Part shown: piece by piece, positions 36,599-47,211 of the stretch
Position numbering within the stretch: the stretch's first letter is position 1
Layout: each line of letters begins with the position of its first letter
NCBI GenBank assembly: GCA_944363505.1
Contig: CALVUD010000001.1
Span: 85,633 to 149,632 of the forward strand
Length of the DNA stretch: 64,000 bases
Source of the DNA: an uncultured Clostridia bacterium
Lineage (GTDB): Bacteria; Bacillota; Clostridia; Christensenellales; DTU072
Reading direction: 5' to 3'
Position numbers and translations under genes: made by a program
The notes under the pieces: generated by a model
Database searches by the model: none
The model's input: the letters and a program-made list of their open reading frames with translations, nothing else
Told to the model about the DNA's origin: nothing

Positions 36599-37267
36599 AT
36601 GCGCGGAGGCACATCCGAAAGGAAAAATAAGACCAAACGCCGTATCGCATGCCTTCTCGTGTCGATAATAATCGCGGGAAGCGTATTCGCATACTTCGAC
36701 AAGGTCGCCATGCCGCTGGTCAAGGAACTTGCGGAAGCGGACGTTCACGCGAAAACCGTTTCAGCATACATTAAAGCCAATGCAAGAATAAAGACTTTTT
36801 CGGAGTTTTACGGTGAATTTTTCGAATACGAGAAAAATTCCGACGGAGAAATCACCTTGATAAAAGCGAATTCGGCAAACATAAACAGCATTGCCGTTTA
36901 TGCGCAACAGGCAATGCAGGAATCGATAAACGAACTGAACGATTATAAAGTTGAGTTGCCCAGCGGCGCGTTCACTGGACTTGCGCTGATAGCGGATAAA
37001 GGCACGCCCGTTTCCATAAACATAGCGCCCGTAGGCGCCGTAAACATATCGATGGGCTCGTATTTTTATACGGAGGGGATAAATCAGACCATTCACAGAC
37101 TGGTCATGCGGGTCCAGACGACGGTGAGAATGTTGGTACCTATCCGCGCCGAAGACATAGTCGTAAGTATGGATTTCATACTTGCCGAACAAATCATCGT
37201 AGGCAGAATACCCGACAGCTATATCACCGGAATATCCGAAGACAATATTTTCGACCTGATGCCTTAG
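36599..37267 (+). CDS. yunB: sporulation protein YunB
   Basis: N-terminal TM helix, then VELPSGAFTGLALIADKGTPVSINIAPVG...INQTIHRLVMRVQTTVRMLVP, which parallels B. subtilis YunB as I remember it. Confidence 0.8.
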   Translation: MRGGTSERKNKTKRRIACLLVSIIIAGSVFAYFDKVAMPLVKELAEADVHAKTVSAYIKANARIKTFSEFYGEFFEYEKNSDGEITLIKANSANINSIAVYAQQAMQESINELNDYKVELPSGAFTGLALIADKGTPVSINIAPVGAVNISMGSYFYTEGINQTIHRLVMRVQTTVRMLVPIRAEDIVVSMDFILAEQIIVGRIPDSYITGISEDNIFDLMP

Positions 37268-37269
37268 AC

Positions 37270-38121
37270 CTATCCGTTCAAAGAATAATAGTAACGCTTC
37301 ATCTCCATGGAATCCTCCGCCTGTGTGCCGTCGGACTCCGAAATAATCACGGGCGTCATACCTTCACTATGGAAAATTTCCATCAACGGACGGTAATCCG
37401 GACCGTAAACTTCGTCGGCAAAAGTCAGATGCCTGATCTCTCCCTTTGCTCCGTATTGAATTTTGCTGAAATGCACGTGCATATTAAAAACTTTATGTTT
37501 TGGCAAAAAATCAAGCATTTTTTTGATGAGAGTATTATAATTTTCGGGCTTATTTAGAATACCCTGCTCTCTCGCGTTGATGTGTCCGAAGTCTATGCAC
37601 GGATAATAACAGTCAAAAAGACCGACAATTCCGATGATCTCGTCGAGCGTGCCCATCTGCGCGGTCTTGCCCATGGTCTCGAAACAGATTTTCAGCTTGT
37701 CGTACCCCTTTTCTTCCAGCGCGTCGTACAATCTTTTCACGTTATCCGTCATGACGGCAAAGGCTTCGTCTCTCGTCATTTTGCCCTGGGTCGCGGGATG
37801 CACCACAACCCTTTCCCCACCGAAATCGACCGCTTTTTTACACGAAGCCAGAACATAGCCTATCGACTTTGAAATCATTTCCGGATCGGGATTGGAAAAA
37901 TTGATAAAATACGGAGCGTGCACGGATAGTTCCACGCCTTCAGCGGAAAATGCCGCTCCCAGTTTTTTTGCCGTAGCCTCGTTCATGGTAACGCCGCGTC
38001 CGAACGAATATTCGAATACCTCTATTCCGCGTTCCCTGCACCACTTTGCCGCTTCCTCCGTGCGTTCGTGCCCTTCCGCATAAAAACTTAAAGAATTGCC
38101 CGCAACTCCGAATTTAATCAT
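37270..38121 (-). CDS. TIM-barrel protein of the AP endonuclease 2 / endonuclease IV-like (xylose isomerase-like) superfamily
   Basis: Nfo-like metal-ligand contexts HAPYFINFS, VVHPA, CFETMG, CIDFGH and HVHFS. Confidence 0.7.
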   Translation of the reverse strand: MIKFGVAGNSLSFYAEGHERTEEAAKWCRERGIEVFEYSFGRGVTMNEATAKKLGAAFSAEGVELSVHAPYFINFSNPDPEMISKSIGYVLASCKKAVDFGGERVVVHPATQGKMTRDEAFAVMTDNVKRLYDALEEKGYDKLKICFETMGKTAQMGTLDEIIGIVGLFDCYYPCIDFGHINAREQGILNKPENYNTLIKKMLDFLPKHKVFNMHVHFSKIQYGAKGEIRHLTFADEVYGPDYRPLMEIFHSEGMTPVIISESDGTQAEDSMEMKRYYYSLNG

Positions 38122-39055
38122 CTGTATCGCTCCTTACTCTTTCTATATCCTGTAAAATCTGCGCGCGTAATTCCTCTTTGGAATCGAATTTAAAGATACC
38201 TCTTATCCTGTCCGCGAACTCTATCGAAAGCGTTTTTCCGTACAAATCCCCGTTAAAATCGAGAATGTGCGTTTCTATCGCCTTTTTATCTTCGCCGAAC
38301 GTGGGTCTTGCGCCTATGTTCGTTACGCCCCTGTAAACGGCGCCGTCGGCAAGCCTCACACGCGTATCGTACACTCCCTCCGCAGGTATGAGTTTTCTGG
38401 AATCGACGGATATATTGACGGTAGGCAATCCGAAACTTTTCCCGACGCCGCGGCCGTGTTCGACCACGCCTCGCATAAAATATCGCCTGCCCAGAAAATG
38501 CTCCGCGATCCTGACCTCGCCCGTTTCCAGGTATTCGCGTATGTCGCGCGAAGATATTTTCCTGTTCCATTCGGTCATGAGCGGCATCACGAAAACTGCC
38601 GTTTCGTTGACTTTTCCCCAGTTTTTCAGATCCTCCGCGCCCATATTGCCGCCGGCGCCGAACTTAAAATCCGCGCCGCAAACCACGGCGCCGACGTTCA
38701 GCGAGGCTATAAAATCCAAAAAGCTTTCGCCGCTCATCTTTATGACTTCTTCCGACGGCGTTCCGACAATGATATTTTCGGGTCTGAATCCGAGTCCGGT
38801 CAGAATCGCGCTTCTTTCCGCAAGAGTGAACACGAGTTTTTCGTCGGTGCCCAAAGCGCGGAAAAAGTCGTTGTCAAAGGTATATATTGACGGGATCAGC
38901 TCGAAATCCGAAGCGATCTTCATCGAAAAGTCGATTATTTTACGGTGTCCGATATGAACCGAATCGAAAAAACCGAGCGCCAGCACGCGCTTTTTAGAGG
39001 CTTGTTGTTTCAGTGACACGCAATAAACGCGTGTTTCGGTAAAATAATCGGTCAT
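38114..39055 (-). CDS. ribF: bifunctional riboflavin kinase / FMN adenylyltransferase
   Basis: LALGFFDSVHIGHRKII nucleotidyltransferase motif and a C-terminal riboflavin kinase domain (GLPTVNI, GVTNIGARPTF, ETHILDF). Confidence 0.92.
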   Translation of the reverse strand: MTDYFTETRVYCVSLKQQASKKRVLALGFFDSVHIGHRKIIDFSMKIASDFELIPSIYTFDNDFFRALGTDEKLVFTLAERSAILTGLGFRPENIIVGTPSEEVIKMSGESFLDFIASLNVGAVVCGADFKFGAGGNMGAEDLKNWGKVNETAVFVMPLMTEWNRKISSRDIREYLETGEVRIAEHFLGRRYFMRGVVEHGRGVGKSFGLPTVNISVDSRKLIPAEGVYDTRVRLADGAVYRGVTNIGARPTFGEDKKAIETHILDFNGDLYGKTLSIEFADRIRGIFKFDSKEELRAQILQDIERVRSDTDD

Positions 39056-39939
39056 ATCAGTCTCACCACCCAGTGAAATCTTCCGTCCGAATCTTTTTCC
39101 GCCAATCCGGCGAGTTCTCCGAAAACGTAAAATCTGAAAACCTTGCCGTCCGGCATATCCTTAAGCCGCAGATTAACGCCGTTGAATATCAGGCGCGCGC
39201 TTTCCTCGTCGCCTATCATTTCGTATGCGGGATACTCGGAAAGCGCTTCTTCCGTCGAAACGAAAAAGCGCTCAGGCTCCGAAGAGGCATCGAGTTCGTC
39301 CAAAGTAACCGCATCGGCGGCAGCGAAACAACCGCTTTTTTCGCGCCTTAACAGCCGCATATGGGCACATGTGCCGCACTTGTAAGCAAGATCCCTGGCA
39401 ATGCTTCTGACGTAGGTTCCGCCTCCGGCGGTAATGCGGAAAGAGAACGCGCCGTCGTCGAGCTTTTCGATAAGCGATATTTCGTCGATATGTACCTTGC
39501 TCGGTTTCAATATGAAATCTTCGCCCGCGCGCGCACGCTCATAAGCGCGTTTGCCGTCGACGGATTTTGCGGAATACTTCGGCGGCAGCTGCATGACGTC
39601 GCCCGTCAGCTCTTTGGCGGCAGAGAGCAGTTCTTCGGCGCAAGGCACTCTTTTACCTTTTTGGGTAATAATTCCCGAAGCGTCCAACGTGTCCGTTTCG
39701 ACGCCGAACACGAATTCGGCATAATATACTTTGGTTTTTAAACCGAGATGATCGAAAAGCCTCGTTGCCCTGTTCAACGCAACGGGCAGCACGCCTTCCG
39801 CGTCGGGATCCAAAGTCCCGAAATGACCTATCTTACTTATTTCAATGCCTTTTCCGGATAAAATGCGCTTTACGCGCGCCACCGCGGAAGCGCTGCTCAT
39901 TCCCGAAGGTTTATTCAAAACGACGAATGCTGAAATCAC
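39052..39939 (-). CDS. truB: tRNA pseudouridine(55) synthase
   Basis: LNKPSGMSS, catalytic GHFGTLDPDAEGVLPV, and QLPPKYSA. Start assigned to the GTG at 39939 (GGAAGG RBS; GTGA overlap with the nrnA stop). The track's upstream extension is rejected. Confidence 0.9.
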   Translation of the reverse strand: MISAFVVLNKPSGMSSASAVARVKRILSGKGIEISKIGHFGTLDPDAEGVLPVALNRATRLFDHLGLKTKVYYAEFVFGVETDTLDASGIITQKGKRVPCAEELLSAAKELTGDVMQLPPKYSAKSVDGKRAYERARAGEDFILKPSKVHIDEISLIEKLDDGAFSFRITAGGGTYVRSIARDLAYKCGTCAHMRLLRREKSGCFAAADAVTLDELDASSEPERFFVSTEEALSEYPAYEMIGDEESARLIFNGVNLRLKDMPDGKVFRFYVFGELAGLAEKDSDGRFHWVVRLI

Positions 39940-40913
39940 TTTATTCCTTCCATAAAGCGTTCCGCAGCGCTTTTCAGTTCTTCCAAAGCCTCGTCGCCGC
40001 CTTTGAATATACGGCAACCCGCAGCGCAAACATGCCCGCCTCCGCCGAAGATCTCCGTAAAAGCCGCGGCGCTAACGCCGTTTTTTGCGCGGACGCTTAC
40101 CTGAAAACAGTTAGCGTCTTTTTCGGAAGCGGCGATCGCCAAAACAACGCCCTCGATATTGATTATATTGTTTATTATACCCTCGGTATCCAGATCCGTC
40201 GTGCCGGTTTCGGCGAAATCTTCCGACCGAAACGCGATAAAGCCGCATTTGCCTCCGCATAAAAATTCCGCACGCGACAAAACTCTGATTTTCAGTCTGA
40301 ACACCTCGGGGCGTTCCTCCTTGAAAAGCTTCTGGATAAGGAAGTTTCTGTCCACGCCGTATTTGGAAAGCTCCAACGCGACCCAAAGCGTTTCTTCTGA
40401 GGTATTCGAAAAGGTAAGCGCGCCCGAATCGGTTATAAGTCCCGCATAAAGGCAGGTGGCGACGTCTAAATCTATCGCCGACGCGTCTATTTCCGAAAAG
40501 ATTTTAAATAATATTTGCGTGGTCGAAGCCGCGGCGGGTTCTTTAACCGAAATATCGGCAAAGGAAACGTCGCCCACGCTGTGGTGATCGATGACGGCGC
40601 GCTCGGCGCACCTGGAAAAATATATCCCCGAACAAGCGTTCCCGAGCCTTCCCGCAGTCGCACAGTCGAGAGCTATTCCCAGATCGTATTTTTTCAGTTT
40701 CGGTTTTCCTATCGAGTCGAAACCCGGCAGAATCGCCAGGTTTTTTCTGAGTTCGCCGATATTTTCGATATAAACATCGACTTTTTTGGAGAGATTGGAA
40801 AGAAACTTTTTGGTTGCCAGCGCGCTGCCGACGCAATCGCCGTCCGGTCTGACGTGCATGAATACGGCTATAGTTTCGGCGGCGTGAACGGCGCCCGCAA
40901 TACGCTCGTACAT
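39936..40913 (-). CDS. nrnA: DHH/DHHA1 phosphoesterase, NrnA-type oligoribonuclease / pAp phosphatase
   Basis: MHVRPDGDCVGS (DHH motif I-II region), DHH in VIDHHS, and a C-terminal GGGHVCAAG DHHA1 motif. Confidence 0.88.
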   Translation of the reverse strand: MYERIAGAVHAAETIAVFMHVRPDGDCVGSALATKKFLSNLSKKVDVYIENIGELRKNLAILPGFDSIGKPKLKKYDLGIALDCATAGRLGNACSGIYFSRCAERAVIDHHSVGDVSFADISVKEPAAASTTQILFKIFSEIDASAIDLDVATCLYAGLITDSGALTFSNTSEETLWVALELSKYGVDRNFLIQKLFKEERPEVFRLKIRVLSRAEFLCGGKCGFIAFRSEDFAETGTTDLDTEGIINNIINIEGVVLAIAASEKDANCFQVSVRAKNGVSAAAFTEIFGGGGHVCAAGCRIFKGGDEALEELKSAAERFMEGIK

Positions 40914-40916
40914 CGC

Positions 40917-41264
40917 CTATTTCTTCTCCTCTTCTTTCAGTTGTTTCAAAATATTGTCGATTTTGAAGCCGTAATCCACGCTTTTATCGAGTTTGAAGAT
41001 AAGCTCGGGGACTGCCCTGACTTTCATACGCTGAAACAGTTCGTTCCTCAGATAGCCTTTTGCCGCGTTAAGTCCTTCGATAACTTCGGACGGGTTTCCG
41101 CCCATGACCGAAACGTACACGTTACAGTATTTAAGATCGCCGGTGGTATCGACGTCCATGATACTCAACATCTCGCAGTCGGAAACGCGGGGATCTTTCA
41201 GTTCCTCCGTGATGATTTCCATCAGAATTTTGCGGATTTCCGAATTTACTCGCTCGATTTTCAT
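40917..41264 (-). CDS. rbfA: ribosome-binding factor A
   Basis: RVNSEIRKILMEIITEELKDPRV and 115 aa; conserved position after infB. Confidence 0.92.
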   Translation of the reverse strand: MKIERVNSEIRKILMEIITEELKDPRVSDCEMLSIMDVDTTGDLKYCNVYVSVMGGNPSEVIEGLNAAKGYLRNELFQRMKVRAVPELIFKLDKSVDYGFKIDNILKQLKEEEKK

Positions 41265-41272
41265 AGTTGTTG

Positions 41273-43966
41273 TCAGCCCTTGTCTTCGACGACTTCGAAC
41301 GATTCGATTATGTCGCCCTCTTTTATGTCGTTACAGTTCAGCAAACCTATGCCGCATTCGAAGCCCTGAAGCACTTCTTTGACGTTGTCTTTCATACGTT
41401 TCAGAGAATCTATCGCGGTGTCCGCAACGACGATGTTGTAGCGGATCAGGCGAACTTTGGCGTTTTTGACGATCTTGCCGTCCGTAACCATACAGCCGGC
41501 TATCGTACCCACGCCGCTGATCTTGTAGATGACCCTGACCTCCGCTTTGCCGAGATACTGTTCTCTGTACTTGGGTGCGGTAAGACCCTTGATGGCGTTG
41601 GTAACCTCGTCTATCGCGTCATAAATTACGCGGTACAGGCGGATCTCGACGTGTTTGGACTCGGCAAGCGCCTTGGCGCCCGCGTGCGGACGCACGTTAA
41701 ACCCGATAATGATCGCGTTTATCGAATCCGCAAGAACTATGTCGGAATCGTTTATCGCTCCGACCATCGCGTGGGGCACCCTGACGCGGACTTCGTCCGT
41801 CGAAAGCTCCAACAAACTCTGTTTCAAAGCTTCCACCGAACCCTGAACGTCGGCTTTTATGATGATATTCAGATCTTTCAGCTTGCCTTCCTCGATTCCG
41901 CGGAACACGTCGTCGAGGGTAACTCTGCCGGAAGCAAGTTTCTTTTCCTTTTCCTTGGCGATACGGTCGGCAACGACGCTCTTCAACAGTTTCTCGTCGT
42001 CGACGGCAAGCAGTTGGTCGCCCGATTCCGGCACGTCGTCAAGTCCCAGTAACGCCACGGCGGTGGAAGGACCCGCTTTTTTGACCATTCTGCCCTTTTC
42101 GTCCTGTAACGCGCGAACTTTACCTATAACGGTTCCCGCGACGATGTGGTCGCCCACGTTCAAAGTACCGTTCTGAACAAGCACGGTCGCGATTGGTCCT
42201 TTGCCCTTATCCAGACGCGCTTCGATAACCGTACCGCGCGCTTTTCTGTCGGGATTGGCTTTCAGATCCATCATTTCCGCGACAAGCAGAATGTTTTCAA
42301 GCAATAAGTCGATGTTCTGTCCGGTCTTGGCGCTGACCTGTACGACGGGAATGTCTCCGCCCCACGCCTCCGGAACCAGTTCGTGAGACGCCAGTTCGCT
42401 GATTACGCGGTCGGGATCGGCGCCCGTTTTGTCTATCTTATTGATAGCCACGACAATTTTGACGCCCGCGGCTTTGCAGTGGTTGATGACCTCGACGGTC
42501 TGCGGCATCACGCCGTCGTCGGCGGCTACCACGATAACGACTATGTCGGTAACGTTAGCGCCCCTGGCACGCATAGCGGTAAAAGCCGCGTGTCCGGGGG
42601 TATCGAGGAAGCAAATCTGTTTGCCGCGTACCACGGTCGTATACGCGCTGATGTGCTGGGTTATGCCGCCCGCTTCGCCGGCGGCGACGTTCGTCTTTTT
42701 GATATAGTCCAGGATCGAAGTCTTGCCGTGGTCGACGTGCCCCATTATCGTAACGATCGGGGGACGCGGTTTCATCAAGGATTCGTCGTCGTCCGCCTCG
42801 TTTTCGAAATAGGAAATGAGCTTTTCTTCGCTGGTTTCCTCCTTTTGCAGTTCGAGCGTTATGCCGAGGTCGCCCGCCACCAGTTCCGCCGTATCGAAAT
42901 CGATATTGTCGTTGATAGTTTTCATGATATCAAGCTGGAACAGGCGTTTGATTATCTCCGAACCCGTCTTTCCTATCTTTTCGGCAAGTTCTTTTACCGT
43001 AAACTGATCTCTGGTGAATACGGCATGGTCGATAGCCTGAGCCTCCTGGGGCTGAACGAATTCTTTTTTCTGTGCGCCGGTACGTCTGGTACGGATCTTT
43101 TTGATCTCGCCCATCTCGTCGTATTCCACGACGGCTCCGTCGTCAGCGTAGCCTTTCTTGGTCATCGCCTTTCTGTTGGTCTTGACCTTATCCTCGCTGC
43201 GCTCCGAGGGATTCTTTTTCTTGTCCTTTGCGGAGCTTTGCAGATTTATCGCGCCGAGACGCTCCAGGGCGCTGACTCGCTTTTGGATGTCGCCCGCGGT
43301 CTGCGCGGCGCCGCGCGGCGCACGTTCGCCGTTTTGCGGACGGTTTCCGCGCTCGCGACCGAATCTGCCCTTATTGTCGTCGGCAGGCGGAATGTAGGTC
43401 TTGATCACGGGTTTCGGAACGATCGGTTTTTTGGGCTTGGCTAAAATTATGGATTCCGCCGCGCTTTGCGCCGCAAGACGCTGTCTGGAGATAGGCGGCT
43501 CTTCACTCTTCGGCACGCTCGTTTTCACCGGCTCGGAATGAGACGCGCTCTGCGTAGGCTCTTGAACCTTCGGCTCGACGGGCGACTTTTCCGCAGGCTT
43601 TTCGGCGGCAACGCTCTTTTCCTCGGGTTTATCCGAAGAAACGGTTTGCTGTACCGTTACCGTTTCGATAACTTCCTCGACGACAGCAGAGGCGCTATCG
43701 GGGGTTTCGGCTACGGCGTTCTCCGCTTCCGCCCTGACCCTTTCTTCTTCCTGTTTGCGTTTCAGCGCGCGTTCGGCCTCCGCCTGACGCAGCTCCAGTT
43801 CGGTAAGCAGCAGCGTCTTGCGTTGCTCTATCCTCTTTTTCGCCTGCGCCACAATTGCGCGTTCTCTTTGCAGCAGTTGCGAAAATCTGTTGCGTTTCGT
43901 TTCCACGAAACCCGTCAAGTTCTTTAATCCGGAGTTTTGATCGCTGTTTACATTCTGTACCGGCAT
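41273..43966 (-). CDS. infB: translation initiation factor IF-2
   Basis: G domain [27 protein letters not shown] and NKIDK; long charged N-terminal region; 897 aa. Confidence 0.96.
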   Translation of the reverse strand: MPVQNVNSDQNSGLKNLTGFVETKRNRFSQLLQRERAIVAQAKKRIEQRKTLLLTELELRQAEAERALKRKQEEERVRAEAENAVAETPDSASAVVEEVIETVTVQQTVSSDKPEEKSVAAEKPAEKSPVEPKVQEPTQSASHSEPVKTSVPKSEEPPISRQRLAAQSAAESIILAKPKKPIVPKPVIKTYIPPADDNKGRFGRERGNRPQNGERAPRGAAQTAGDIQKRVSALERLGAINLQSSAKDKKKNPSERSEDKVKTNRKAMTKKGYADDGAVVEYDEMGEIKKIRTRRTGAQKKEFVQPQEAQAIDHAVFTRDQFTVKELAEKIGKTGSEIIKRLFQLDIMKTINDNIDFDTAELVAGDLGITLELQKEETSEEKLISYFENEADDDESLMKPRPPIVTIMGHVDHGKTSILDYIKKTNVAAGEAGGITQHISAYTTVVRGKQICFLDTPGHAAFTAMRARGANVTDIVVIVVAADDGVMPQTVEVINHCKAAGVKIVVAINKIDKTGADPDRVISELASHELVPEAWGGDIPVVQVSAKTGQNIDLLLENILLVAEMMDLKANPDRKARGTVIEARLDKGKGPIATVLVQNGTLNVGDHIVAGTVIGKVRALQDEKGRMVKKAGPSTAVALLGLDDVPESGDQLLAVDDEKLLKSVVADRIAKEKEKKLASGRVTLDDVFRGIEEGKLKDLNIIIKADVQGSVEALKQSLLELSTDEVRVRVPHAMVGAINDSDIVLADSINAIIIGFNVRPHAGAKALAESKHVEIRLYRVIYDAIDEVTNAIKGLTAPKYREQYLGKAEVRVIYKISGVGTIAGCMVTDGKIVKNAKVRLIRYNIVVADTAIDSLKRMKDNVKEVLQGFECGIGLLNCNDIKEGDIIESFEVVEDKG

Positions 43967-43982
43967 TATCCTTCCTCTATCT

Positions 43983-44297
43983 TTAATTGGATTGAATTGT
44001 ATTCAATATCGCTTTCGCGAGTTCTATGTTTTTGATTCCCAAGGCTTTGACAGCCTCTTTTTTGCATATTTCCGACAGTTTTCCGACGCATACCGCCGTT
44101 ATTCCTTCGCGCTCGGCATATGCCTCGACGCGTTTTGCCGAATTCCGGGAGAGCGCCGAGTCGATAATTATTAGCTTTATGCCCTTTGCCGCCCTGATGT
44201 TGTCCGTTCCGAGTACCGCGCCGCCCGAACGGAGTGCGAAACCGACGTAGGAGGCTACTTTATTTTCCTTTTCCGGCGTAAGCGACAAGCTCTGCAT
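43983..44297 (-). CDS. ylxQ: L7Ae-family RNA-binding protein YlxQ
   Basis: GFALRSGGAVLGTDNIRAAKGIKLIIIDSALSRNSAKRV matches the YlxQ pattern and the gene sits between ylxR and infB. The start is uncertain, because the listed ATG overlaps ylxR by 38 nt. Confidence 0.8.
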   Translation of the reverse strand: MQSLSLTPEKENKVASYVGFALRSGGAVLGTDNIRAAKGIKLIIIDSALSRNSAKRVEAYAEREGITAVCVGKLSEICKKEAVKALGIKNIELAKAILNTIQSN

Positions 44298-44517
44298 ACA
44301 CTTTTTCTCCGACTTCGGTCCTGAACGAGCGGTTCAACGCTTTTTTTCGGACGCAACCCGCGACACATTCGGGATTCGCACACACATATACCCCGCGTCC
44401 TCCGAGCTTATGCTCCGCGTCGACGCAAAACCCGTCCGATGTCCGCGCGATGCGGATCAGTTCGCTTTTGGGAAATTTGCGTCTGCATACGGCGCACGTT
44501 CTCTCGGGAATATGCAT
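44260..44517 (-). CDS. ylxR: YlxR/RnpM (DUF448) RNA-binding protein
   Basis: PERTCAVCRRKFPKSELIRI...GRGVYVC is the DUF448 signature. Confidence 0.9.
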   Translation of the reverse strand: MHIPERTCAVCRRKFPKSELIRIARTSDGFCVDAEHKLGGRGVYVCANPECVAGCVRKKALNRSFRTEVGEKVYAELVAYAGKGK

Positions 44518-44520
44518 CGG

Positions 44521-45615
44521 TTACTCCTCGCTGCTTTCCTCTTCGGATTCTTCCTCGGAAAGTATCGCCACCGCCTCGGAATAAGGCTTGACGTCGATCT
44601 TGTAGCCGGTAAGTTTCGCGGCAAGTTTTGCGTTCTGTCCGCCCTTGCCTATCGCGAGCGACAGTTTGTCGTCGGGTACGACGACCCTTGCCTGAGCGTC
44701 GGTCTCGTTAAGCTGAACCAACAGAACTTTTGCGGGAGACAGCGCCCTGACGATATATTCGGAGGGATTGGAACTGTATAAAATAACGTCCACCTTTTCG
44801 CCGTTAAGCTCGTTGATAATGGCGTTAACGCGGCTTCCTTTGGGTCCGATACATGAACCGATGGAGTCGATGTTCGGATCGTCGGAATATACGGAAAGTT
44901 TGGTCCTGAGACCCGCTTCGCGCACTATATTCTTGATTTTGACCAGATTGGAGCGGATCTCGGGAACTTCGATTTCGAAAAGTTTCCTGACGAATCCGGC
45001 ACAAGCGCGGGAAACCATTACCCTGGAAGTGCCCTTGCTGTCCGTTCTGACCTTTTTGATGTAAACTTTTATTTTGTCGCCGACGGAAAGTCTTTCGCCG
45101 CGGACCTGTTCGCCCGTGGTCAGGATGCCTTCCATCTGCGTTCCGACGATTTCCACGGAAACCGTGCCGGTAGGCTCCACTCTGCGGACGACCGCCTGCA
45201 TGAGTTCGCCTTCCTTTTCGTTCATTTCGCTCATCACCTGTTCGCGTTTCGCCTCGTTGATACGCTGGGTGATGACCTGTTTGGCGGTCTGAGCGGCGAT
45301 CCTGGACAGATCGTCGGGCGAAACGACTTCGCCTATCAGTTCGCCGATCTCGGCGTCGGGTTTGATATCGCGCGCTTCTTCCAGCGACAGTTCGTTGTCG
45401 TCCTGGGGTTCGCCCTCGACGACTTTCTGGTACGCGAAAAATTCGATGGTGTAATTTTCGGGATTCATTCTGACCGCGACGGCGCGGCTTTCGCCCGATT
45501 CCTTCTTGAACGCGGACGCAAGTCCCGCCTCCAGAGAAGATATAAGCAGTTGTTTGTCGATCTTGTACTCGTTCTCTATCTGGTCGAGAGCGAGGAACAG
45601 TTCACGGTTTTTCAT
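44521..45615 (-). CDS. nusA: transcription termination/antitermination factor NusA
   Basis: N-terminal domain, S1 domain, two KH domains (GPKGSRV, IGKGGQNAKLAAKLTG) and an acidic tail. Confidence 0.96.
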   Translation of the reverse strand: MKNRELFLALDQIENEYKIDKQLLISSLEAGLASAFKKESGESRAVAVRMNPENYTIEFFAYQKVVEGEPQDDNELSLEEARDIKPDAEIGELIGEVVSPDDLSRIAAQTAKQVITQRINEAKREQVMSEMNEKEGELMQAVVRRVEPTGTVSVEIVGTQMEGILTTGEQVRGERLSVGDKIKVYIKKVRTDSKGTSRVMVSRACAGFVRKLFEIEVPEIRSNLVKIKNIVREAGLRTKLSVYSDDPNIDSIGSCIGPKGSRVNAIINELNGEKVDVILYSSNPSEYIVRALSPAKVLLVQLNETDAQARVVVPDDKLSLAIGKGGQNAKLAAKLTGYKIDVKPYSEAVAILSEEESEEESSEE

Positions 45616-45670
45616 TGTGGATTCCTCCTATTAAATTGTTATTCAGTTGTATTTTTGCCTTTCGGCTTTT

Positions 45671-46150
45671 TTACTTGATTTTCTTGAGGTCGATATACAC
45701 TTTCAGCGATTTTATATCGGCGCGGGGCAATACGGTTTCGCCTTTCTCCGAAGTCAATACTACGGAGTCGGCGTCGTAAGAGGTCAGCACGCCGACCGTC
45801 TTTATCTTCTTGCGACCCGTAACGGGTTCCGTTACTGCCTCAAGCTCCTCTCCCATGTTCCTTTCCAGGTCTTTGTCTGTAACTATGGGTCTGTCCAGCC
45901 CCGGAGAAGAAATATTGAGGGTGTACGCTTTGCCGCCCGTGATGTCGTTTGCCTCCAGCGGCGCGTCGAGCGCGTCGTTTACCGCCACGCAGTCGTCCAG
46001 AGTAACTCCGCCCTTTTTATAGATGTACGCGGTAAGCACGCTGTTTTTCCCGGGCGTATAGGTTACCTCCACGAGTTCGTAACCCATAGGCGTGATGACG
46101 TCGTTGATAATTTGTTCGGCGCGTTCGCGCACGGTTTCCGAATACGGCAT
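45671..46150 (-). CDS. rimP: ribosome maturation factor RimP
   Basis: 159 aa; GYELVEV and SSPGLDRPI motifs; lies upstream of nusA. Confidence 0.92.
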   Translation of the reverse strand: MPYSETVRERAEQIINDVITPMGYELVEVTYTPGKNSVLTAYIYKKGGVTLDDCVAVNDALDAPLEANDITGGKAYTLNISSPGLDRPIVTDKDLERNMGEELEAVTEPVTGRKKIKTVGVLTSYDADSVVLTSEKGETVLPRADIKSLKVYIDLKKIK

Positions 46151-46178
46151 ATTTCCCTCGAGTGTTTAAACCTAACGA

Positions 46179-46201
46179 GAGAGTGGCTGAACGCCACTCT
46201 C
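46179..46201 (-). promoter_or_regulatory. perfect 9-bp stem-loop in the rimP-nusA leader
   Basis: GAGAGTGGC-TGAAC-GCCACTCTC, about 30 nt upstream of the rimP start, with no U-tract. A candidate promoter lies upstream on the minus strand: TTGCAT (46256-46251), 17 nt, TAAGAT (46233-46228). Confidence 0.45.
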
Positions 46202-46287
46202 CAGTATTGCTACTATTAAGTGTAACTATCTTAACATATAAATAAAACGTATGCAAGCGTTTGCCCGCGCTTTTTTAAAATATTATA

Positions 46288-47211
46288 TTATTTGAGCTTT
46301 GAGCGTAAAATACTCAGAATTTTTTTGAAATCCTGCGGTAAAGGCGCAATAAAGGTCATAAGCCGTCCGTCGCAAGGATGCGCCAGACATAACCTGTAGG
46401 CGTGAAGCAGCTGTCTGTGAACTCCGAATCTGTCGCTGCCGCCGTACGTTTCGTCGCCCACTATCGGATGACGAATGTATGCGGAATGCACGCGGATCTG
46501 ATGCGTCCTGCCCGTAAAAAGTTCGAACGAAACCAAGGTATATTGCCCGAACCGCTCCACTACTTTATAGAGCGTTTTCGCATAATCGCCGCCCTCGACG
46601 ACCGCCATTTTCTTCCTGTCGCCCGGATTTCTGGATACGGGCGCGTCGATGACGCCCGCTTCTTCCTTGATATTTCCGTCAACCAAGGCTATATAGTAAC
46701 GTTTTGCGCTTTTTTCGGCTATCTGGCGAGACAATTCCAGGTGTGCACGGTCGTTTTTTGCGACCATGATAAGCCCCGTCGTGTTCTTGTCCAAACGGTG
46801 AACTATACCCGGGCGCAGTACTCCGTTGATACCCGACAGATCGTCCAAATGATATAAAAGCGCATTGACCAGCGTCTTGTCGGGCGAGCCCGGAGCGGGA
46901 TGCGTAACCATACCGGCAGGCTTGTTTATGACCGCAAGATCTTCGTCCTGATAAATTATGTCCAGAGGAATGTTCTCGGGTTCGGCTTTCAGCGGCACGG
47001 CTTCCTGTATGTCGATCTCCACTTCGGAGCCTTCTTTGACGTGAAAACCGCATTTCAGCACCGTTTCTCCGTCAACTCGGACAGCGCCGTTGATAACGCA
47101 AAGACGAACGCGGGATCTGGTACAGTCGCCAAGCATATCGGATAGGAACACGTCGATCCGCGCCCCCGAATTTTCGGGAAAAACCTTGAAAATACGGGTA
47201 TGAACGCTCAT
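46288..47211 (-). CDS. rluD: RluA-family 23S rRNA pseudouridine synthase (RluD-like, S4 domain)
   Basis: S4 N-terminus, catalytic HRLDKNTTGLIMVAK, and GRTHQIRVH. Confidence 0.9.
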   Translation of the reverse strand: MSVHTRIFKVFPENSGARIDVFLSDMLGDCTRSRVRLCVINGAVRVDGETVLKCGFHVKEGSEVEIDIQEAVPLKAEPENIPLDIIYQDEDLAVINKPAGMVTHPAPGSPDKTLVNALLYHLDDLSGINGVLRPGIVHRLDKNTTGLIMVAKNDRAHLELSRQIAEKSAKRYYIALVDGNIKEEAGVIDAPVSRNPGDRKKMAVVEGGDYAKTLYKVVERFGQYTLVSFELFTGRTHQIRVHSAYIRHPIVGDETYGGSDRFGVHRQLLHAYRLCLAHPCDGRLMTFIAPLPQDFKKILSILRSKLK